Of a stretch of DNA of 64,000 nt, positions 56,786 to 64,000 are shown piece after piece. Position 1 is the first letter of the stretch. Each line of letters begins with the position of its first letter. The notes below the pieces were generated by a model, which ran no database searches, was not told where the DNA came from, and saw nothing but the letters and a program-made list of their open reading frames with translations. The DNA comes from an uncultured Alphaproteobacteria bacterium (GTDB taxonomy: Bacteria > Pseudomonadota > Alphaproteobacteria > HIMB59 > GCA-002718135), in the NCBI GenBank assembly GCA_902621305.1, contig CACNLM010000002.1, forward strand, positions 69,812 through 133,811, written 5' to 3'. Made by a program: the position numbers and the translations under genes.

Positions 56786-57937
56786 CTAAATCTTAAACAA
56801 ATCTTGAGACAAATCAGGAAGTTCATCTCCCCAAAAAACTTCTTTACGTAAAAATTCTGGATCTTGGTTAAAACAAACAGACATTGCAGAATTATAAACA
56901 GCCCTTGAGTCAATAGTCGAATTTAGATCTCTTCCCTCAAACAATTCTTTCTTTTTTAGTCCAGGCCAATCTGTATAAACTTGAGATTTTTTTAACAAAC
57001 CTCCAGCCATTAGTATTGCACTTCCATATCCGTGCTCAGTTCCATAGCCTCCATTTTGTTTTATAGTTCGGCCAAATTCAGTGAGAGTAAGAATTAGTGT
57101 ATTATCAAATGCTTGGCCAAGATTTTCATGAAGAATAGTAACAATCTTATTTACTTCTTCTAGTTCATCAGCATGCGCTCCATCAACACCTCCTTGAGCA
57201 GCATGGGTATCAAAACCATCTAAATCAAATACAGCAACTCTAGGACCACTTTTATCTTTTAATTGTTTAGCAGCTTCAAGAGCAAGTTTTTTTCTATCAT
57301 CAGAGTCAGTAGCTATTTGCATAGACAATGGTCTTTGTCTAATTGTATCAAGTGTAGATTTAATTAGCTCGTTATGTTCACCTTTAAATTCATTATAAAT
57401 TTGATCTATTAACTTTGTTTCAACAAAATCTGGTGATGGGAAGAAATTATTATTCTGTGGCACACCTCTTAATAAAAGTGGCATTGGTAAAGATATTGCC
57501 AAACCTTTTCCTATAATATTAGAAGCTAGTAATCCCCTACCAAGCCATCCTGTTTTTTCTTTGTATGGAATGTGTGCTCCAGTTTCCATTAAATTTTGCC
57601 CATCAAAATGTGATCTGCCTGTGTAAGGAATGTTTGTGGCATGAACAAATGCCGCTTGATTAGTTTGCCAGAGCTTATGAAAAATTTCTAATTTAGGGTG
57701 AAGACCAAAATCACTATTCAAATTAAGAACATCTTCCAAAATAAGTTTTTTTCTTAATTTTTTTAGACGTTTATCTCCAATAACAGGAACAGCTGTTAAA
57801 CCATCCATCCCTCCGCGAAGTGATATAATAATTAGATTTTTTTTCTGCATTGAAGCAAAACTAATTTTTGGAAAATATCCTGAAAGAAATAGTGTTGTTG
57901 ATCCTCCAATTAAAAAATTTCTTCTTGTGCAATTCAT
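56786..57937 (-). CDS. DUF1501-family protein (alkaline-phosphatase/sulfatase-superfamily fold), Tat-exported
   Basis: Tat motif 'TRRNFLIGGS'. 'FDLDGFDTHA' and 'TEFGRT...GTEHG' are typical of DUF1501. Overlaps the DUF1800 gene by 4 nt. Confidence 0.7.
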   Translation of the reverse strand: MNCTRRNFLIGGSTTLFLSGYFPKISFASMQKKNLIIISLRGGMDGLTAVPVIGDKRLKKLRKKLILEDVLNLNSDFGLHPKLEIFHKLWQTNQAAFVHATNIPYTGRSHFDGQNLMETGAHIPYKEKTGWLGRGLLASNIIGKGLAISLPMPLLLRGVPQNNNFFPSPDFVETKLIDQIYNEFKGEHNELIKSTLDTIRQRPLSMQIATDSDDRKKLALEAAKQLKDKSGPRVAVFDLDGFDTHAAQGGVDGAHADELEEVNKIVTILHENLGQAFDNTLILTLTEFGRTIKQNGGYGTEHGYGSAILMAGGLLKKSQVYTDWPGLKKKELFEGRDLNSTIDSRAVYNSAMSVCFNQDPEFLRKEVFWGDELPDLSQDLFKI

Positions 57938-59370
57938 ACTTTTAATACTCCAGGTAAATTACAAATGACTCCATACTTTTGGCCTAAATCAAAATCTAAT
58001 GTGCCGAACCTAAAATTTTCAATAAGTGATGCCATATTTTCATGATCTTCAAAATTATTTTTAAGACAAGCTAAAATAAAATCATGGGATCTGTTTCCAG
58101 ATTTAACAAGTATTGGAAGCTCAACAGAAGAGAACCAAAAGCGACGTAATAATAATTCTGGTGATACCCAATCTACCTCAAAATCACTCCAACCATTTGG
58201 TTGTTTTGCACGATAAGGTGAATGACCAATTTCTCTAAGTATCCATGATAGTTGTCTTTGTCTTCTATTTGGCTTTGAACTGAAAGAATAATTCATTTTT
58301 TCAGAAGAAAGAGGAATATTTAAATCAAACATTTTAGATAATTGCATCAACCATATTTCTGGTGGATGAAATTTATGTGTATTCTCATTATGTTTGTAAG
58401 CTTGAGTAATAACTGCTTTGTGAATTTCAATTAGACTTCCATTGGACTTGTTCCATGCTTCTATTACTGGGTAAATCATATCTTCAGTTGGTTCATCTGT
58501 AATAAAATGCCTACATAATTTTGTTGAAACAAATTTGATACAGATTGGGTGTGTTGCCAAATCATGAATTACTTTTGCAAGTTCTCTTTTTGCATCATTT
58601 TTATATTTAACTCCTAAAACTATTTTGTCTCCTTTTTGATGCATTTCTTGATCAAACCATATATCCCCAGTCTCTAAATTTTTTCTATCCCATTTGTGTG
58701 CCCAACCTGTCATGATATAGGCTAACTGAATCACATCTTCCTGAGTGTATCCAGCATTTGGAGATACTGTATGTAATTCTAATAATTCTCTTGCATGATT
58801 TTCGTTTATAGTTTCCCCCCACTCCATTCCTTTTTTAGAATTGGGACCAAAAGATTCTGAGTTATCAAGATGGTGAATCATACACCATGAAGTAGTAACT
58901 GACTGAACCATCTCTTCAAAAGTTTTAACCATATTAGGTCTTATAATCTCACGTTGATAAGGCCCAGTGCTAAACTCTGCTAAAAAATCTTTTTCACTTA
59001 TTGCAAAATGATTTCCCCAAAAAAGCCAAAAACGCTCAAAAACAGGCTGTTTGGAATACTTAGTTTGATAATGACGAATAGCATGTTCGTTTAATTCAAA
59101 ATACTTTTCACCAGTTTTTATTCTTAATTCATCTTTTGCTTTTTTATAGGCATGTTTGTCATTTTTAAATTTTTTTCTTAAAACTTCTCTATCTCCGTAT
59201 ACCCACTCTCCATATTTTTTTCTTAATTCTTTTTCTGTTGGAATTATTCCAGGCCATAAGAGATTGGGTATAGTATCTAGTTGATTTAATGCCCAATTAA
59301 GAGGATCTTTATCTGGTTTATCATTTGGTGATAAACCAAACGCTACTCGTCTATAAAATTTTAATGACAT
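57934..59370 (-). CDS. DUF1800-family protein
   Basis: 478 aa. Motifs 'FWGNHFA' and 'ARELLELHTV' and the canonical pairing with DUF1501. Confidence 0.65.
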   Translation of the reverse strand: MSLKFYRRVAFGLSPNDKPDKDPLNWALNQLDTIPNLLWPGIIPTEKELRKKYGEWVYGDREVLRKKFKNDKHAYKKAKDELRIKTGEKYFELNEHAIRHYQTKYSKQPVFERFWLFWGNHFAISEKDFLAEFSTGPYQREIIRPNMVKTFEEMVQSVTTSWCMIHHLDNSESFGPNSKKGMEWGETINENHARELLELHTVSPNAGYTQEDVIQLAYIMTGWAHKWDRKNLETGDIWFDQEMHQKGDKIVLGVKYKNDAKRELAKVIHDLATHPICIKFVSTKLCRHFITDEPTEDMIYPVIEAWNKSNGSLIEIHKAVITQAYKHNENTHKFHPPEIWLMQLSKMFDLNIPLSSEKMNYSFSSKPNRRQRQLSWILREIGHSPYRAKQPNGWSDFEVDWVSPELLLRRFWFSSVELPILVKSGNRSHDFILACLKNNFEDHENMASLIENFRFGTLDFDLGQKYGVICNLPGVLKV

Positions 59371-59422
59371 ATTTAAAAAAAAATAGTTTACATATATTTA
59401 TAATATTTAAAAATAAAATTTA

Positions 59423-60073
59423 ATGAAAAAAATACCCTTAAAAATTTGTGGCATAACAAATGTAAAATCAGTTGAAGTTGCACATAAAAATAAAATAAAA
59501 TCATTAGGTTTTGCGAGTAAAAGTTTAAATGGACCAAACACAGCTAGTGATAAGAAAATTCAATCATTAATTAAAGAGTGTAAAAATTATAAAATAGAAT
59601 CAGTTCTTTTGACTCGGTATGTATCATTAGATAAGATAATTGAACAAATAGATTTCACAAAACCAAAGACAATTTCATGTTCGTATCATTTTTCCAAAAA
59701 AGACTTATTAAAAATAAAAAATATATTTAAAAGATTAAAAATTGGGATTGCTATTAATCCTGAAAATTTTAATAAAAATTATATTGAGTCAATTAAAAAA
59801 ATTGTTGATGTAGTTTATTTTGATATGAATGTTTATAGAAAAAAAAGCATTAAAAAATACTCATTGAAAAAAAGTATTAAACAAATAGAATTTATTAAAA
59901 ATAAAAATATTCCTGTTTATATTGGTGGTGGTATAGATAAGAAAAATGTTTCGAATATTCTGAAACAAACTTCACCTTTTGGTTTGGATATTTCAAGAGG
60001 TTTAAAGAATAACCGTAATTTAATATCTCAAGAAAAGCTTAAAGATTTATTAAATCAAATTTCTATAGGATAA
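59423..60073 (+). CDS. phosphoribosylanthranilate isomerase (TrpF)-like TIM-barrel protein
   Basis: 'LKICGITN' catalytic-Cys motif, 'YFDMN', and 'YIGGGIDKKNV...PFGLDISRG' phosphate-binding end. Very K/N/I-rich and divergent. Confidence 0.55.
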   Translation: MKKIPLKICGITNVKSVEVAHKNKIKSLGFASKSLNGPNTASDKKIQSLIKECKNYKIESVLLTRYVSLDKIIEQIDFTKPKTISCSYHFSKKDLLKIKNIFKRLKIGIAINPENFNKNYIESIKKIVDVVYFDMNVYRKKSIKKYSLKKSIKQIEFIKNKNIPVYIGGGIDKKNVSNILKQTSPFGLDISRGLKNNRNLISQEKLKDLLNQISIG

Positions 60074-60550
60074 TTTTTTAATAATATATTTATTTGTTAA
60101 TTCTTTAGATAATTGATTGATAGATTTTTTTTCAACTGGATGGAGAAGAAAGGGTTTAATATCTAATATAGGATATAAAACAAAATCTCTTTCTTTGGCT
60201 CTTGGATGCGGAATAATTAGATTGTTGTAATAATACTTACTAATTCCAAAAAAAATTATATCAATATCGATACTTCTTGGTCCGTTAACTATTCTTTTAT
60301 TTTTTTTTAATTTTCTTTCAATTTTTTGAATAGAATTGATTAATTGAAGAGGCTGTTGATTTGTTTTTAAGATAATTGCACTATTGTAAAAGTTTGACTG
60401 ATATTTATATCCATATGGCGCAGATATATAAATATTAGCAAACTTACTTATGTGACCAATTTTATTTAACTCTTTTACTGCACTACGTAAATTAAGTATT
60501 GAATTACCTACATTTGACCCAAGGGCTATGATAGTTTCAGTTTGAAACAC
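60050..60550 (-). CDS. folK: 2-amino-4-hydroxy-6-hydroxymethyldihydropteridine diphosphokinase
   Basis: 'IALGSNVG', 'GPRSIDIDII' and 'IPHPRAKERDFVLYPI'. Confidence 0.85.
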   Translation of the reverse strand: MFQTETIIALGSNVGNSILNLRSAVKELNKIGHISKFANIYISAPYGYKYQSNFYNSAIILKTNQQPLQLINSIQKIERKLKKNKRIVNGPRSIDIDIIFFGISKYYYNNLIIPHPRAKERDFVLYPILDIKPFLLHPVEKKSINQLSKELTNKYIIKKLSYRNLI

Positions 60551-60881
60551 TTACTGACTCTGCTCCATATTTTTTGGCAACAGCTGTTTTATTTATCTTT
60601 ATTTTTATATTTTTGATTTTAAATTTTTTTTCAAGCGCCTTCGATGTTTTAGAAATTAAATGTTCAAGAGTGTGTGACTTTGATTCTGTAATATAAGTCT
60701 TAAGAAATTTTGTAATGGCAGAATAATCTTTAACATTATTGATACTATTCAAATTTAAAGAGTCTTTTACTTTATAGTCAAAGGATAGAGTAACTTTGAG
60801 AAGTTGCTTTTTCTTTCTTTCAAGTTCTGTGATACCTAAATTTGCACTAATGGATAAGTTTTTTATTTCTACTTTAAACAT
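60537..60881 (-). CDS. folB: dihydroneopterin aldolase
   Basis: 114 aa. 'ANLGITELERKKKQLLKVTLS' and a 'DYS' motif, in a position between folP and folK. Confidence 0.65.
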   Translation of the reverse strand: MFKVEIKNLSISANLGITELERKKKQLLKVTLSFDYKVKDSLNLNSINNVKDYSAITKFLKTYITESKSHTLEHLISKTSKALEKKFKIKNIKIKINKTAVAKKYGAESVSVSN

Positions 60882-61687
60882 AACTTTTGAAAAATTTTTA
60901 ATGACTGTGAAGTTTCTTTAACATCATGAACCCTAAATATATCAACACCCTTTTGATAACAATATAAAGCCGAAGCAATAGAGCCTCCTAATCTTTCGTC
61001 AGCATTACTTTGATCAATTAGATTTATCCAGCTTTTTCTTGAAGAGCCCAGCAACAATCCATAACCTTTAAACTTAAACTGTTCAATTTTTTGCATGATC
61101 TCAATATTTTGATTTAAATTTTTGCCAAAACCTATTCCAGGATCAAACCATACTTTAGTTGAAGGTATTCTTAATTTTTCTAATTGTTTAATTTTTTTTA
61201 AAAAAATTTTCTTAATATCCTGTACTACATTTTTATAAGAATTAATTTTAGATTGCATTGTCTTAGGTGGAGCAGGTGTGTGCATTAAGATTAAACCTGT
61301 TTTGAATTTTTTAGATAAATAAAATAAATCCTCAGAACCACCAAACACATCATTAATTATATGAGCACCCATGCTTAATGCATATTCTTGTGTCTCAATT
61401 TTATTAGTATCAACAGAGATAACAAATTTGTTTTTTGGTAATTTTTTTAATATAGGATCTAGCCTTTTAACTTCTTCCTTATAGGTAAGAGGTTCAGAAC
61501 CAGGCCTCGTACTTTCAGCTCCAATATCAATGATATCTGCTCCATTTTCTGTCATTTTCTTGATATTATTTAGAGCATCCTTTGTCTTAAAACTTTTTCC
61601 ACCATCACTAAAAGAGTCGGGCGTTACATTGCATATGCCCATAACTGTTGGTTTATTAAATTTAAAATTATGTTTGCCCAATTTCAT
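60869..61687 (-). CDS. folP: dihydropteroate synthase
   Basis: 'VMGICNVTPDSFSDGG', 'DIIDIGAESTRPG', 'SVDT', 'INDV', 'DPGIGFGK' and 'GSSRKS'. Confidence 0.9.
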   Translation of the reverse strand: MKLGKHNFKFNKPTVMGICNVTPDSFSDGGKSFKTKDALNNIKKMTENGADIIDIGAESTRPGSEPLTYKEEVKRLDPILKKLPKNKFVISVDTNKIETQEYALSMGAHIINDVFGGSEDLFYLSKKFKTGLILMHTPAPPKTMQSKINSYKNVVQDIKKIFLKKIKQLEKLRIPSTKVWFDPGIGFGKNLNQNIEIMQKIEQFKFKGYGLLLGSSRKSWINLIDQSNADERLGGSIASALYCYQKGVDIFRVHDVKETSQSLKIFQKLCLK

Positions 61688-61688
61688 T

Positions 61689-62438
61689 TTATAAAACTTT
61701 TGAATATTCTTTTAATATAGACTTGTACATCTTAAGAGAAGATCTGTACCAATTTAATTGATCAATAGAAGAAATACTTACAACTCCCTTGCCAGATCCA
61801 ACCAAAAGTATTTCACTGTATTCATATAATTTAGATATTAGAATATCTATTTTTTTAATCTTGTATGGAATTGTTTTTATTAAATATGATAAGGTTATTC
61901 CAAAATAATATGAATTCTTCGGAATAAATAATTGATTATTTTTTACAAAAATTAAGTTTGTGGTCGACCCCTCTAAAATCTTACTTTTATTATAAAAAAG
62001 AATTTCTTCTTTTTGTAAATTAATTTTTTTTTGTAAAGAAAGTATTTTTTTATATTGTAAGTTTTTAAAAGAAGGCAAGGTTCTTTGGTATCTATAGATA
62101 TGAGCAGTAAAATTTTTTTCTTCTTTATTTCTTTTTCGTAAAGATAAAGAAATTAATTTTTTTGTAACTGCCACTCTTAATAAGTGATCATATTTTTTAA
62201 TTTTAGAATTAGTATGTATAAAATTAATAAGAAATTGTTCTGAAACTTTAAAACTAATACCAAAGAAATTTGAATCTTTGTTAAGTTTTTTTAAATGTTG
62301 ATCTATTAAAACCAAGTTTGGTTTATTTCCTGAAATCCTTATAGTTGTAAAAACACCGTTATACCCCCAAAGAGAATTAAACTTTACAGTTTTTAAATCT
62401 TTAACGTGATATGATTTTTTTAATAAGATATTTTCCAT
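61689..62438 (-). CDS. pabC: class IV aminotransferase-fold protein, aminodeoxychorismate lyase candidate
   Basis: 'ILEGSTTNLIFVKNNQLFIP', 'GITLSYLI' and 'VGSGKGVVSI' fold-type IV motifs. Position between pabA and folP. Confidence 0.6.
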   Translation of the reverse strand: MENILLKKSYHVKDLKTVKFNSLWGYNGVFTTIRISGNKPNLVLIDQHLKKLNKDSNFFGISFKVSEQFLINFIHTNSKIKKYDHLLRVAVTKKLISLSLRKRNKEEKNFTAHIYRYQRTLPSFKNLQYKKILSLQKKINLQKEEILFYNKSKILEGSTTNLIFVKNNQLFIPKNSYYFGITLSYLIKTIPYKIKKIDILISKLYEYSEILLVGSGKGVVSISSIDQLNWYRSSLKMYKSILKEYSKVL

Positions 62439-62958
62439 TTGGAGTTAAAAAAGAGTCTGGGTGAAACTGAAATCCATATACTTGGTTCATATCATCTTCA
62501 ATTGCCATTGCCACGTTTGTTTTTGCACAACGCATTGTAATTGTCATTGATTTTGAAATAAATGGCTCTTCTAATTTAAGTGAATGATATCTGCCTCCGA
62601 GGAGATCAGTATTTTTTTTAAAAATTGATTTGTCACTTATAATTTTTATACGACTTTGATAACCATGTAAGATATTTTTTTGTTGAATTATTTTACCTCC
62701 TTCAGAGTGCACTATGTGTTGGAAACCTAGGCAGATTCCAAGAATTTTTTTCTTTCCCTTATATTTTCTATAAATCTCTGAAGTTAAGGGATAATCTTTT
62801 GGCTCACCGGGGCCGGGTGAAAGAACTATTGTTGAAGCTTTACGAAGTTTTTTATAATTAATTTCATAGTAATTAGATACGATAGTTGGCTCTATACTAT
62901 CTAATAAGTGAGCAAGATTGTATGTAAATGAGTCTTCGTGATCGATTAGATAAATCAT
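62401..62958 (-). CDS. pabA: aminodeoxychorismate/anthranilate synthase glutamine amidotransferase component
   Basis: 'LSPGPGEP', 'ILGICLGFQ' (catalytic Cys) and 'FQFHPDS' (His). Confidence 0.85.
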   Translation of the reverse strand: MIYLIDHEDSFTYNLAHLLDSIEPTIVSNYYEINYKKLRKASTIVLSPGPGEPKDYPLTSEIYRKYKGKKKILGICLGFQHIVHSEGGKIIQQKNILHGYQSRIKIISDKSIFKKNTDLLGGRYHSLKLEEPFISKSMTITMRCAKTNVAMAIEDDMNQVYGFQFHPDSFLTPNGKYLIKKIISR

Positions 62959-64000
62959 TAAATAAACAAATCTAATAGAGATTTGGCCTTTATATAGTTT
63001 TCATTATATTCTTTTTTTGCAGTGCTTCCCAATATTACTCCACTAGCGACAGATAATTCAATAGTATTTTTAAAATTAAGTAGTGTCCTTATCATTATAT
63101 TAAAACGCATATCTCCATTCGAATGTATGATACCAAAACTGCCAGTATAAATATTTCTATCAGATTTCTCTTTTTGATTTAAAAGTTGAATAGTGCTTAT
63201 TTTTGGACAACCAATTACTGATCCACCAGGCATTAACGATGAGATTATTTCATGATTGGTTATTTTGTTTTTCAAAACACCTTTGATTGTTGTAACGTAA
63301 TGGAAGAGATCTCTATATTCTTCAACTGTTTTTAATTTATCTATTTTTACTGAACCAGTTTTACAAATTTTTGAAAGATCGTTTCTTTCCATGTCCACTA
63401 TCATATTGTGTTCTTTAGTTTCTTTTTCATTTCTTCTAAAAAAAGTTAATGCTTTATTGTGATTTATTTTTTTAGTTTTTCTTAAAGTACCTGCGATAGG
63501 TTTAGTTTTTATCAGATCTCCTTTTTTTAATAGCAGTGTTTCAGGTGAGCAACTAATGATACTATAACCTTTATCTCTAATTAGAAAACTTTCTGGAGAC
63601 TCATTAATTTGCATTAATTTCCAGAAAAGATCTATCGCGTTTATATTGCCTCTTTTTGAGTAAGTCTGAGCAATTTTTATTTGATAAGTTTTCCCTTGTC
63701 TAATATTTTTTGAGAAATCATCAAACAGTTTAGAATACTGTTTTAGAGTTAAATTTAAATTAAAATTCTTATTTAATTTCGAGTATTTTTTTGAATTAGT
63801 TTTAATATTTCTAAAATTGGTTTTGGTACTTTGAATTAAAATTTTTTTACCAATACTAATTTTTGTTTTAGGTTTATAAAAAAGTCCACTATAAAAATTC
63901 GTAGTTTTTTGTTTTGGAAGTTTTATTCCAATATTGTCACAAAGTAGTTTGTATCCAAAAAAACCTATGTAACAATTTAAACCGTCAATACTTGAGCTCT
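62958..64000 (-). CDS. pabB: aminodeoxychorismate synthase component I (5' end beyond the window)
   Basis: The C-terminal chorismate-binding domain carries 'PIAGT', 'KETKEHNMIVDMERNDL', 'LMPGGSVIGCPK' and 'IYTGSFG'. Hand translation shows the same frame stays open with no stop from 63615 to 64000 ('GFFGYKLL', 'IRQGKTYQIKIAQ', 'ESPESF'). The tracked ATG at 63614 is therefore internal. Confidence 0.85.
   Translation of the reverse strand, partial: SSSIDGLNCYIGFFGYKLLCDNIGIKLPKQKTTNFYSGLFYKPKTKISIGKKILIQSTKTNFRNIKTNSKKYSKLNKNFNLNLTLKQYSKLFDDFSKNIRQGKTYQIKIAQTYSKRGNINAIDLFWKLMQINESPESFLIRDKGYSIISCSPETLLLKKGDLIKTKPIAGTLRKTKKINHNKALTFFRRNEKETKEHNMIVDMERNDLSKICKTGSVKIDKLKTVEEYRDLFHYVTTIKGVLKNKITNHEIISSLMPGGSVIGCPKISTIQLLNQKEKSDRNIYTGSFGIIHSNGDMRFNIMIRTLLNFKNTIELSVASGVILGSTAKKEYNENYIKAKSLLDLFI

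Noticed and set aside
1-64000. Searched by eye for CRISPR arrays, tRNA/rRNA genes, and toxin-antitoxin or defence-system gene pairs
   Set aside because: No regularly spaced repeats and no cloverleaf-like GC-rich segments appear in the intergenic gaps; the largest gaps are 226, 211, 196 and 176 nt. No nuclease, ATPase or methylase combinations typical of defence islands were seen. The accessory content here is nutrient acquisition.

Overview
Strongly AT-rich, very gene-dense window with many 1-38 nt gene overlaps and no rRNA, tRNA, CRISPR, transposase or integrase. All calls rest on motif and family recognition by eye; no searches were run. Composition and gene content fit a streamlined marine alphaproteobacterium of the Pelagibacterales (SAR11) type, which is an inference because no marker RNA is present. 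About 5.2-38.9 kb is a large phosphorus-acquisition and phosphorus-stress region. It holds phoB-phoU-pstBACS-phoR; two paralogous plcP-like phosphoesterase / GT4 glycosyltransferase pairs for phosphorus-free glycolipid synthesis; a MIP channel; ppx, a sixA-like gene and ppk1; arsC; DUF47 plus a PiT transporter; and a 2-aminoethylphosphonate (AEP) catabolic island (phnW, PhnZ-like HD oxygenase, phosphonoacetaldehyde dehydrogenase, phosphonoacetate hydrolase phnA, an ABC importer). The rest is housekeeping: trpS, murJ, an Nfu protein, msrPQ, the fbp iron transporter, an sHSP, adenosine and nucleoside catabolism, and a pabBAC-folPBK folate cluster running off the 3' edge. Four observations deserve a second look. 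(1) A ~2.8 kb acyltransferase-plcP2-agt2 cassette sits between ppk and arsC, bracketed by ~196-bp direct repeats that carry a 19-codon relic of the arsC 3' end; this looks like an integration scar with no recombinase. (2) An unassigned MetE-like / Fe-ADH / methyltransferase-like module is embedded in the AEP operon. (3) A PhnZ-type C-P oxygenase has no visible PhnY*-type hydroxylase and is coupled to a CX5R phosphatase, next to a phnW operon carrying an AllA-like cupin and a phosphodiesterase. (4) A DUF1800-DUF1501 pair is fused into a nucleoside-catabolism operon. No defence system or classical mobile element was seen.
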